A stretch of DNA of 64,000 nt, taken from a virus. The DNA lies in the IMG/VR virus record IMGVR_UViG_3300022602_002157, positions 1-64,000 of that record, one strand, 5' to 3'. Positions 8,800 through 18,008 of the stretch are shown here, in pieces. The notes beneath the pieces are model-generated. The model did no database searches. It had not been told where the DNA came from and saw only the letters and a list, made by a program, of their open reading frames with translations. Position numbers and translations under genes: made by a program. The first letter of the stretch is position 1. Every line of letters begins with the position of its first letter.

Positions 8800-11700
8800 A
8801 TGAATTTTAAAGACATGTTAGAAAAAATAAGCCAGTTATCAGAGGCTACTGAAAAAACTAAAACTGGTGTTAAGCACACTGGTAAGTATGGTAAAGAGTA
8901 TGATACTGATGAAGAAGGCGAAGAAAAGAAAGAGCCAGTCGCAAAGCGTGGTCGTGGTCGTCCTGCAAAAGACAGCGAAGAAACAAAATTTGATACCAGT
9001 GCTTTAAGTAAAGCAATGGGTGGCAAAAAGCCAAAGAAAGAAGTAGGTACAGTTTCTAAAAAGCATACATTGAAAGATTGGATTGAAAATGTTGAGAAAA
9101 ATCTTCTTAACGAAGCACCAACTCCAGTTCCTGTAATGCAACAAGGTAGCAATAAACCAGCAGGCGCAGGCATTGTTACTATCAACGATCCTAACTTAAA
9201 AAACACATTAGGCCCTACACTTGATAACTTGGCACAACAGAAAAAGATTAGTGTAGTTACAACAGGTCAAACTACACCTGCTACAACTGGTGGTTCAACT
9301 CCTAGCGTTGCACAATCAAATCAAAATCAACAAGGAACACAAGCAATGGCTGAAGATAATTTAGATGAAAAAATCGAAGGCGGTGTTAAACTAAACCCTG
9401 CAAAGAAGGGTATGTTCAAGGGTAAAACCAAAGCAGAATTAACATCACAGTATAACAAGTTAAAGGCAAGCGGCCCGCACAAGAAGGGTTCACCTGCTTT
9501 TACTAAGATGAAAGAATTAGCATTTGCTATTCGTGCTAAGAGTGGTTGGGGTAAAGTAGATGAAGCAGATATTGCTTCAACTCAAGGTATTGACACAGAA
9601 GGCGCAAACTTAGGCGCCGGCCGTAATCCAAATGCTTTTGAAAGTAAAATGAAAACAACACATAGAACACGTATAGACGAAGGTATGATGGATAAGATCA
9701 AATCAATTTTACCTAAAGCAATGAAATTATTGCCTGTACAAGAAATTGCAACTAAAGTAAAACAAATTACAGGTGGTGATTTTACTCCTAGCAGAGAAAA
9801 TGCATTGAAAGTAGCACAAGCATTTGGCTTTGATAAAATGGGTAAACAAGCGCCAGCACAAGCCGCAGTCAACGAAGGTTTAGCAGGCAACTGGCAAGGT
9901 AAATTGCTTCAACTATTACACGTAGTAGGTATTGGCGCAGGTGCCGCACAAGCAATTGGTGGTTCTGCACTAACTGGTATGGCAGGTTTTGGCGGCGGCG
10001 GTGAACTTTTAATCATGGTTGGAACAATATTGTTAATGTTGACTGACACATTCTGGGGTAATAATCGTGGTCAAATAGGTGCTATGGGTAAACCTACAAA
10101 TGAAGGCAAAAAAGCAAAGCCAGATTATATTGACTTAGACAAAGATGGCGACAAAAAAGAATCAATGAAAAAAGCTGCCGCTGATAAAAAGAAAAAAGCA
10201 GTTAAAGAAAGTGCTAATCACAAAGTCATGGCAGCAAGACTAGAAGGTAAAGCACATGGATTGAAAGGTCATCCACATTGTGGTAAGAACTATGATGACA
10301 TGGATGAGTGCATGGCATATCACACTGGCTACAAAGAAGGTCTAGATGAATGCTATGGCATGAGCAGTGCAGGTATGATGGAAACAGAAGGCACAATGCC
10401 AGCCGCAACAACTCCAGGTATGGCAAGTCAAGCAATGGCAGGTGGTATGACTGAAGACCACGATTCAAGCGAAGCCGCTAAGAGTGCAGTTATCAATCGT
10501 ATCATTAGACAACATCCAAACTTGTTAGCAAAACATGGCCCAGAAAAAGTCATGGCAGCAGTTGAAAATTGCTGTGGTCATTTAAGTAATTTAGAAGAAA
10601 TTGGTTCAAGTGATGTAAGTGCTTGGGTAAACAATGTTATTCGTGAATTAAAGCACCACGATGTCGAAGAAGGCAATGCATTTACAGGTGCGCTTGCTAA
10701 GACACCAAAAGGTGGTAAGTTCACAGTAGGTGGAAAAACATTTACAGATAACTCAAACTATGATAGCAAGATTGACGAATATGCATTTGAATCATGGGAC
10801 AAAGAGTTAAGCAACCTACTAAACGAAAGTACAGAAACAATTAACGAAGGCTTAACAGTTTCAGTAAGTAAAGGTCAACAAGGATCACCTGATTCAGTAA
10901 GCATCAATGCAAGTGACAGCGAAGCAGATCAAGTACTTGCTTTCATCAAGCAAGCAGGTTTAGGTTTGTTTGGCGATGAGCATGGCGAACATTTACCAGC
11001 AACTGTTCCCGGTGAACACGCTGTTGAATTAGAACCAGCAATGCCAAAGATTGACGTAGTTGATGACCATGAAGGTATGATGGCATTAATGAGAAAAATG
11101 TCAGGTGGCGATGATCATGGACATTCACATGCTGGTTCAGAAGACTATGCTGACGAAGAAAGTACTGATGAAGAAGCATGTAACGAATGTGGCATGGCTT
11201 ATGAATCATGCGGTTGCGAAAAAGAAATGGTCGATGAAGTTGAATCAGAAGATCAAATGATGTACAAAGTTGCAGAAGATAATCCACCAGACAATGGTTC
11301 AGCAAACTCAATGAATGCAACTAAGGGTAACAATGCGGCTAATACAGCATTAGCAATTGCTGATAAAGATGGTATGGCTGAAAGTGAAGTTTCAGAAGGT
11401 TGGGATCCAGTAAAAGAAGTAAAACAATCTGCTATAGAATATATGAAAAGTGCTGGAATACGCAACGTACATGATTTAGATGCAGAAGCTATTCAATATA
11501 TTGGTGATGAAAATCAAATCAATTACGAAGAAGTTTGCAAGATTCTTGGTTGTAAATTACCAGAAGAATTAGGTCCAGTTGATGCGGATGATGAAATTGA
11601 AGAAGGTGAAATTTGCCCAACATGTCATAAAGATCCATGCGAGTGTGATCACGAAGAAGAAGCAGTAGAAGAATCTTTTGCTTTTGAAAGTCTTTATAAG

Positions 11701-12111
11701 AAATTAGCAATGATTGAAGCCAAAGAATCTACAAGAAAGAAAGATAATAAGGCTGAAAAGGCAGGCAAAAAAGTTACTAAAGATATCGAATATGACGAAG
11801 GTCATAAAGGTAAAGATGATAAGAAGGCTGAAAAAGCTGGCAAAAAAGTCAAAAAAGATATCGAATATGATGACAAGAAAGACAAGAAGTTAGACGAATG
11901 GGCTAATGATGCAGGTCCTGGTAAGTCAGTATCAGATACTACTTTTGAACAAGATATTGACTTTATGACTAAAGTTATTGCTGGTGGATTGAATAAACAA
12001 AAATCTACTGGTCAAACAACAATTCCAGTTGTTGCAAGTCAATTGAAGCGCCAAGTTAGCGAATCAACTGATTCAATCAGCGATTGGAAGAAATTAGCAG
12101 GTCTTAAATAA
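8800..12111 (+). CDS. Large acidic/basic mosaic protein, probable internal head (core) polyprotein
   Basis: Many hydrophobic-x-E motifs (LSEA, LNEA, LDEK, VDEA, VNEG, VKES, VEEG, INEG, LDEW); AT-hook-like KRGRGRP; DLDKDGD; C-terminal KKLAGLK. Confidence 0.6.
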   Translation: MNFKDMLEKISQLSEATEKTKTGVKHTGKYGKEYDTDEEGEEKKEPVAKRGRGRPAKDSEETKFDTSALSKAMGGKKPKKEVGTVSKKHTLKDWIENVEKNLLNEAPTPVPVMQQGSNKPAGAGIVTINDPNLKNTLGPTLDNLAQQKKISVVTTGQTTPATTGGSTPSVAQSNQNQQGTQAMAEDNLDEKIEGGVKLNPAKKGMFKGKTKAELTSQYNKLKASGPHKKGSPAFTKMKELAFAIRAKSGWGKVDEADIASTQGIDTEGANLGAGRNPNAFESKMKTTHRTRIDEGMMDKIKSILPKAMKLLPVQEIATKVKQITGGDFTPSRENALKVAQAFGFDKMGKQAPAQAAVNEGLAGNWQGKLLQLLHVVGIGAGAAQAIGGSALTGMAGFGGGGELLIMVGTILLMLTDTFWGNNRGQIGAMGKPTNEGKKAKPDYIDLDKDGDKKESMKKAAADKKKKAVKESANHKVMAARLEGKAHGLKGHPHCGKNYDDMDECMAYHTGYKEGLDECYGMSSAGMMETEGTMPAATTPGMASQAMAGGMTEDHDSSEAAKSAVINRIIRQHPNLLAKHGPEKVMAAVENCCGHLSNLEEIGSSDVSAWVNNVIRELKHHDVEEGNAFTGALAKTPKGGKFTVGGKTFTDNSNYDSKIDEYAFESWDKELSNLLNESTETINEGLTVSVSKGQQGSPDSVSINASDSEADQVLAFIKQAGLGLFGDEHGEHLPATVPGEHAVELEPAMPKIDVVDDHEGMMALMRKMSGGDDHGHSHAGSEDYADEESTDEEACNECGMAYESCGCEKEMVDEVESEDQMMYKVAEDNPPDNGSANSMNATKGNNAANTALAIADKDGMAESEVSEGWDPVKEVKQSAIEYMKSAGIRNVHDLDAEAIQYIGDENQINYEEVCKILGCKLPEELGPVDADDEIEEGEICPTCHKDPCECDHEEEAVEESFAFESLYKKLAMIEAKESTRKKDNKAEKAGKKVTKDIEYDEGHKGKDDKKAEKAGKKVKKDIEYDDKKDKKLDEWANDAGPGKSVSDTTFEQDIDFMTKVIAGGLNKQKSTGQTTIPVVASQLKRQVSESTDSISDWKKLAGLK
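11740..11880 (+). repeat. Intragenic tandem duplication KAEKAGKKVxKDIEYD (x2)
   Basis: Two near-identical copies at DNA and protein level. Confidence 0.8.
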
Positions 12112-12128
12112 GACTGTTAAAATAAATT

Positions 12129-12158
12129 AAAATACCCGTCTAGTACGGGTATTTTTTT
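12129..12158 (+). terminator. Rho-independent terminator
   Basis: AAAATACCCGT-CTAGT-ACGGGTATTTTTTT. Confidence 0.85.
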
Positions 12159-12209
12159 GGTTGGGATGTTTATATCGAAAACGATAAATACAACATAAGG
12201 TAATTAGAT

Positions 12210-15200
12210 ATGGCACAACAGAATATTGATTTTGGTACATTCCCAAACGACCCAAGCGCAGATGCTATTAGAACCGCATTCCAAAAGGTACAGGATAATT
12301 TCACACAACTTTTTACTGGTCTTGAGCAACAAGCAGTATTAAGTGTTAATCAGACCCCGGGTGCAGGTATCAGCGTTAACGCACCAACAGGCAACGTAGT
12401 TGTTTCTGCGAACATTTCCTGCGTTCAAATTTCAACAACTACACTTAGCGTAGGAACAGGTTCAAACAATTCATCAAATGCAGGTGGTACTGCTGTAATT
12501 ACAACTTCAAGTCAAATTGCTATTGTCGATTTACCATCAAATATCGCTGGTGTAAACAATATTAGTATTTCAGGTACATTAACTGCTAATACTGTAACGG
12601 CAAATAGTTCTGTAAGTTTCCCTAGTTTATCATTATCAGGTGCATTAGTTGCTAATACTGTTACTTCAAATACAACTTTGGCTGTAACAGGCAATGCCAA
12701 TGTAGGGAATATTGGCGCAAGCACAGGTATATTCTCAAGTAACGTACAAGTAACAACCAACGTAACCGCTGGTAATGTGTATGCAAATTCAGGCACTGTA
12801 AAAGCAACAACATTAATAGGTGAAGGTGGAAACATCACCAACATTCAAGGTGTTAATGTTTCAGGTGCAGTTCTTCTTGCTACATATGCAGGAACAGCAA
12901 ACGCAGTAGCAGGGGCCAATGTAAGTGGTACCGTAGCCAATGCAACATATGCGGTTACCGCAGGAACAGCAAACGCAGTAGCTGGAGCCAATGTTTCAGG
13001 TGCTGTAGCATATGCGACTACTGCTAATGCAGTAGCCGGCGCAAATGTAAGTGGTGCTGTTGCTTATGCAACTACAGCCAATGCTGTTGCAGGTGGTAAT
13101 GTAAGTGGTCAAGTAGGTAATGCATTAATTGCTGGTACTATTTATACAAATGCACAACCTAATATTACTTCAGTGGGCACATTAACAAGTCTTGCAGTTA
13201 CGGGTAATGTTTCAGCCGCAAATATAACTGGTAATCATTATGGTGCAGGTAACAATTTAAGCAATATTCAAGGTGCCAATGTAAGCGGTGCAGTTGCATA
13301 TGCAACTACTGCAAATGCTGTAGCAGGTGCTAACGTTTCAGGTGTAGTTGCTAACGCAACATATGCAGTTACAGCAGGTACTGCTAACTCAGTAGCAGGG
13401 GCTAATGTTACTGGTACAGTAGCCAATGCAACATATGCCACAAGTGCAGGTTCAATTGGTGGAACTGTTCCGGGTGCAAATGTAACAGGTCAAGTAGGTA
13501 ATGCATTAATTGCTGGTACTGTTTATACAAATGCACAACCTAATATTACAAGCGTTGGTACATTGACATCACTAGCAGTTACCGGTAATGTTTTAGCCGC
13601 AAATTTAACAGGTAACCATTATGGTGCTGGTAATAACTTAAGCAACATTCAAGGTAGTAATGTTTCAGGTGCAGTTGCTTACGCAACTACTGCAAACGCA
13701 GTAGCAGGGGCCAATGTTTCAGGTGCAGTTGCTTACGCAACTACTGCAAACGCAGTAGCAGGGGCCAATGTATCAGGTGCAGTAGCATACGCAACAACAG
13801 CTAACTCAGTAGCTGGTGCTAACGTAACAGGTCAAGTAAGTTTTGCAGGTACTGCCAATGCAGTTGCTGGTGCCAATGTATCAGGTATCGTAGCCAATGC
13901 AAATTATGCCGCATATTCAGGTGTAGCAGGATCAGCAAATAGTGTTACTGGTTCTAACGTAAGTGGACAAGTAGGTAATGCATTGATTGCAGGTACGGTG
14001 TATACAAACGCACAACCAAATATCACAAGTGTTGGTACACTATCAAATCTAGTTGTATCAAGTAGTGGTAACATTAGCGCAGGTAACATTATAGCCAACA
14101 CAGTGTTCATTGGTAATGGTGCAGGATTAACAAACTTAGCAGGTGCTAACGTTACTGGTGCAGTTGCATATGCAAGTACAGCAAATAGTGTTGCTGGTGC
14201 AAATGTCTCAGGTGCAGTATCATATGCAACTACTGCTAACTCAGTTGCTGGTGCTAACGTAAGTGGAGCAGTCGCATACGCAACCACTGCAAACAGTGTT
14301 GCTGGCGCCAATGTAACAGGTACAGTAGCAAACGCCACATATGCATTAAATGCAGGTAATGCCACAGTAGCAAGTTCAGCCAATAGTGTTACTGGTGCAA
14401 ATGTCAGTGGTGCAGTCGCATATGCAACCACTGCGAACTCAGTTGCTGGCGCCAACGTCTCAGGTGCAGTATCATATGCTACTACTGCTAACTCAGTAGC
14501 AGGTGCAAATGTTACAGGTACAGTAGCAAATGCCACATATGCAACTACAGCAGGCAGCGCAACTACATCAGGAACAGTAACGGCTAACGCACAAGGTAAT
14601 ATTACCAGTGTTGGTACATTAACTAATTTGTCAGTAACTGGCAACACAACTTCTGGAAACGTATATGCTAATAGTGGTATTGTAAAAGGTGAATATTTAT
14701 ATGGTGATGGTAGTAACATTACTAACATCTCAGTTGCAGCCGGCTCATATATTTTAAATGGCACAAGTGAAGCATCATTAGATACTAATGGCAACTTTAA
14801 TGTAACAATAGCAGGAAACGCCAATGTATTACAAGTTACAGGTAGCAATGTTATTGCAAGTACATTTGTTGGTAATTTAATAGGTACAATAAACACGGGA
14901 AGTCAGCCTAACATTACAAGTCTTGGTACATTAACTAGTTTGAATGTAACGGGTGTAAGTAATTTAGGAAACGTAGGTAACGTAAAAATCACAGGTGGTG
15001 TTAATAACCAATACTTAATTACAGATGGTACTGGCAATCTATTTTGGACTACATCTACTGCAAGCCCAGCCGTTGGTAGCAACACACAAATCATCTTTAA
15101 TGACGGTGGAACAACTTATAACGGCAGTGCTAACTTAACATTTAACAAAACAACTAACACATTAAGTACAGGCAATGTTACAGCATCTTATTTCACTGGA

Positions 15201-17372
15201 ACATTAACTACAAATGCACAACCAAACATTACAAGTGTTGGTAGATTAACAAGTTTAATTGTTGATGGTAATATTAACGCAGGTAATATTGCAGGTGGTA
15301 ACTTAGTAAGTGCAAATTATTTTGCAGGTAGTGGTGCAAACTTAACAGCAATACCGGGTGCAAATGTAACAGGTACCGTAGCAAATGCGGCTTTTGCTAC
15401 TAATGCAATTGGTATTCAAACTAATACGTCAAGTGCAACATCTGCGTACCCAACATTTGTTACCTCATCATCAAATGGTAACTCACAGAATTATATTAAT
15501 TCAAGCATTAGTGCTAACTTAGCAAATGCTAGTATTACAGCAACAACATTTGTTGGTGCACTAAGTGGCGCCGCAACTACTGCTGGTACTGTAACAACTA
15601 ATGCACAGCCTAACATCACTAGTGTAGGTACATTAACAAGTTTAATTGTACAAGGTAATATTAATGCTGCCAACGTAGCAGGTGGTAATTTAGTAAGTGC
15701 AAATTATTTTGCAGGTAACGGATCGTTGTTGACTGCCATTACCGGTGCAAATATAACAGGTACTGTAGCAAATGCAAATTATTCTGTATACTCAGGTACT
15801 GCAAGTACAGCAAATGCGGTTGCAGGTGCAAACGTAACTGGCGCAGTAGCGTTTGCAACGACTGCTAACGCAGTCGCGGGAGCTAATGTATCAGGTGCTG
15901 TGGCATATGCAACTACAGCAAATGCGGTAGCAGGTGCTAACGTATCCGGTGTTGTTGCTAATGCCACTTATGCAGTTACAGCAGGTACAGCAAATAGTGT
16001 TGCCGGCGCTAACGTTACTGGAACTGTAGCAAATGCCACTTATGCAGTTACAGCAGGCAGCGCCACAACAGCAACTTCAGCAACGACTGCTGGTACAGTA
16101 ACAACTAATGCTCAACCAAATATTACAAGTACAGGTACATTAACATCATTAACTGTAACTGGTAACACAACATCAGGTAACTTTATTACAAGCGGCCAAT
16201 TTGTATCACAATTGGCAACGGGTACTGCACCTTTAGTTATTGTTTCTACAACAAGAGTTCCAAACTTAAACGCAGACTTAGTAGATGGATATCAAACAGC
16301 AACAGTCGCTACAGCAAATACCCTTGCAACACGTGATACAAATGGTAGTATTACTGCTAATATTTTCATTGGTAACATAGCAGGAGCCAACGTAACTGGC
16401 ACGGTAGCAAATGCAACGTATGCCGTAACGGCAGGTACTGCAAACTCGGTAACTGGTGCTAACGTAAGTGGTGCGGTAGCGTATGCAACAACTGCAAATT
16501 CAGTAGCTGGCGCTAATGTAACAGGTGCAGTAGCATACGCAACAACTGCTAACTCAGTTGCTGGTGCTAATGTATCAGGTACTGTAGCAAGTGCAAATAA
16601 CTCAAGTTATTTAGGCGGAACGGCAGCCGCAAGTTACCTATTAACAAATGGTACTGGTAGTGGTTTAACAGCAATCACAGGTGCTAACGTAACAGGTGCA
16701 GTTGCTTACGCAACCACTGCTAACTCAGTAGCCGGAGGCAATGTAAGTGGTGCGGTTGGTCTTGCAACATATGCTACAACTGCTAATGCTGTGGCAGGTG
16801 CTAACGTGTCAGGTGCAGTTGCTTATGCGACTACAGCAAATGCGATAGCAGGTGCTAACGTATCAGGAGCCGTGGCATACGCAACCACTGCTAACTCAGT
16901 AGCCGGCGGCAATGTAAGTGGACAAGTTGGTAACGCACTAGTTGCAGGTACAGTATATACGAATGCGCAACCTAACATTACAAGTACAGGTACATTAACA
17001 TCTATCAATTCAAGTGGTAATATTACTGGAGCAAACGTAATTGCAAATTCATATCATATTCGTTCAATTGGTACAGCAATATCAGCCGCAGGTTCAACAC
17101 AAGGTACCGCAACAGCATTAACTAAAGAAATTAACGTTGTCAGTACAGTAACATCAGGCGCTAATGGTGTACAATTACCAAACGTAGCAGGTGCTGTGAT
17201 TTATATTACAAACACAACAGGAAACACATTGAACGTTTACCCACAAACTGGTGCGGCAATCAATAATCAAACAGCAAATGCCGCATTTACAATGCCGGGT
17301 AATGGAGCAACACTACAGTTTATTGCACCTACTACAAGTCAGTGGTACACAGTAAGTGCAACATACTCATAA
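12210..17372 (+). CDS. Long repeat-rich tail fibre/baseplate-attached fibre protein
   Basis: N-terminus (QNIDFGTFPNDPSADAIRTAFQKVQDNFTQL) resembles T4 gp9/gp10 N-termini; dozens of 18-aa NAVAGANVSGAVAYATTA and NAQPNITSVGTLTSL repeats. Confidence 0.8.
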   Translation: MAQQNIDFGTFPNDPSADAIRTAFQKVQDNFTQLFTGLEQQAVLSVNQTPGAGISVNAPTGNVVVSANISCVQISTTTLSVGTGSNNSSNAGGTAVITTSSQIAIVDLPSNIAGVNNISISGTLTANTVTANSSVSFPSLSLSGALVANTVTSNTTLAVTGNANVGNIGASTGIFSSNVQVTTNVTAGNVYANSGTVKATTLIGEGGNITNIQGVNVSGAVLLATYAGTANAVAGANVSGTVANATYAVTAGTANAVAGANVSGAVAYATTANAVAGANVSGAVAYATTANAVAGGNVSGQVGNALIAGTIYTNAQPNITSVGTLTSLAVTGNVSAANITGNHYGAGNNLSNIQGANVSGAVAYATTANAVAGANVSGVVANATYAVTAGTANSVAGANVTGTVANATYATSAGSIGGTVPGANVTGQVGNALIAGTVYTNAQPNITSVGTLTSLAVTGNVLAANLTGNHYGAGNNLSNIQGSNVSGAVAYATTANAVAGANVSGAVAYATTANAVAGANVSGAVAYATTANSVAGANVTGQVSFAGTANAVAGANVSGIVANANYAAYSGVAGSANSVTGSNVSGQVGNALIAGTVYTNAQPNITSVGTLSNLVVSSSGNISAGNIIANTVFIGNGAGLTNLAGANVTGAVAYASTANSVAGANVSGAVSYATTANSVAGANVSGAVAYATTANSVAGANVTGTVANATYALNAGNATVASSANSVTGANVSGAVAYATTANSVAGANVSGAVSYATTANSVAGANVTGTVANATYATTAGSATTSGTVTANAQGNITSVGTLTNLSVTGNTTSGNVYANSGIVKGEYLYGDGSNITNISVAAGSYILNGTSEASLDTNGNFNVTIAGNANVLQVTGSNVIASTFVGNLIGTINTGSQPNITSLGTLTSLNVTGVSNLGNVGNVKITGGVNNQYLITDGTGNLFWTTSTASPAVGSNTQIIFNDGGTTYNGSANLTFNKTTNTLSTGNVTASYFTGTLTTNAQPNITSVGRLTSLIVDGNINAGNIAGGNLVSANYFAGSGANLTAIPGANVTGTVANAAFATNAIGIQTNTSSATSAYPTFVTSSSNGNSQNYINSSISANLANASITATTFVGALSGAATTAGTVTTNAQPNITSVGTLTSLIVQGNINAANVAGGNLVSANYFAGNGSLLTAITGANITGTVANANYSVYSGTASTANAVAGANVTGAVAFATTANAVAGANVSGAVAYATTANAVAGANVSGVVANATYAVTAGTANSVAGANVTGTVANATYAVTAGSATTATSATTAGTVTTNAQPNITSTGTLTSLTVTGNTTSGNFITSGQFVSQLATGTAPLVIVSTTRVPNLNADLVDGYQTATVATANTLATRDTNGSITANIFIGNIAGANVTGTVANATYAVTAGTANSVTGANVSGAVAYATTANSVAGANVTGAVAYATTANSVAGANVSGTVASANNSSYLGGTAAASYLLTNGTGSGLTAITGANVTGAVAYATTANSVAGGNVSGAVGLATYATTANAVAGANVSGAVAYATTANAIAGANVSGAVAYATTANSVAGGNVSGQVGNALVAGTVYTNAQPNITSTGTLTSINSSGNITGANVIANSYHIRSIGTAISAAGSTQGTATALTKEINVVSTVTSGANGVQLPNVAGAVIYITNTTGNTLNVYPQTGAAINNQTANAAFTMPGNGATLQFIAPTTSQWYTVSATYS
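12850..17000 (+). repeat. Degenerate 54-bp (18-aa) coding tandem repeats
   Basis: Repeated GCAAA(C/T)GCAGTAGC.GG.GC.AA(C/T)GT units with synonymous variation; boundaries approximate. Confidence 0.85.
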
Positions 17373-17389
17373 TAGGAAAGAACAATACA

Positions 17390-18007
17390 ATGATTACACT
17401 TGATTTATTATCACACGTTTTCCCTAAAACACATCATGATGTGTTGGAAAGATATGTAGAACCATTATCAACAGTTGCACAATACTATGACATGTATGAC
17501 AATATACATAGAGTTGCATGTTTTGTAGCACAGACAGGCCATGAAAGTGGTGGTTTTAATTTTATCAAAGAAAATTTAAACTACAGTGAAAAGGGTTTGT
17601 TAACAACGTTCCATAAATATTTTGACGCAGAAACAGCAAGTCAATATGCAAGACAACCTGAAAGAATCGCTAATCGTGTTTATGCAAATCGCATGGGCAA
17701 CGGTGACGAATCTAGTGGTGACGGTTACATGTTTTGCGGCAGAGGCTTAATTCAGTTAACAGGTCGCATTAATTATACAAAATTTGCTCAAGCATTGGGA
17801 ATGGGTCTAGAAGACACAGTTGCATATATGGAAACTAGTGAAGGCGCAACTGCAAGTGCAGGTTGGTTTTGGGACAGTAACAATTTAAATCAATACTGTG
17901 ACAGTGGTGATTTTGTAATGTTAACCAAACGTATCAATGGTGGTACAATTGGTATTGAAGAAAGACATCGCAATTATCAATTAGTATTACAAGCATTACA
18001 GGGATAA
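17390..18007 (+). CDS. Glycoside hydrolase family 19 muramidase (endolysin or virion lysin)
   Basis: FVAQTGHESGGF, ENLNYS, GRGLIQLTGRINY, TKRINGG; start moved to ATG 17390 (AGGA RBS). Confidence 0.9.
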   Translation: MITLDLLSHVFPKTHHDVLERYVEPLSTVAQYYDMYDNIHRVACFVAQTGHESGGFNFIKENLNYSEKGLLTTFHKYFDAETASQYARQPERIANRVYANRMGNGDESSGDGYMFCGRGLIQLTGRINYTKFAQALGMGLEDTVAYMETSEGATASAGWFWDSNNLNQYCDSGDFVMLTKRINGGTIGIEERHRNYQLVLQALQG

Positions 18008-18008
18008 T

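Noticed and set aside
12512-17008. Long - strand ORFs (e.g. 13904..14896) opposite the fibre gene
   Set aside because: Antisense shadows of a repetitive Ala/Val/Thr/Asn gene; no RBS or motifs. The same applies to most other short overlapping ORFs in the track
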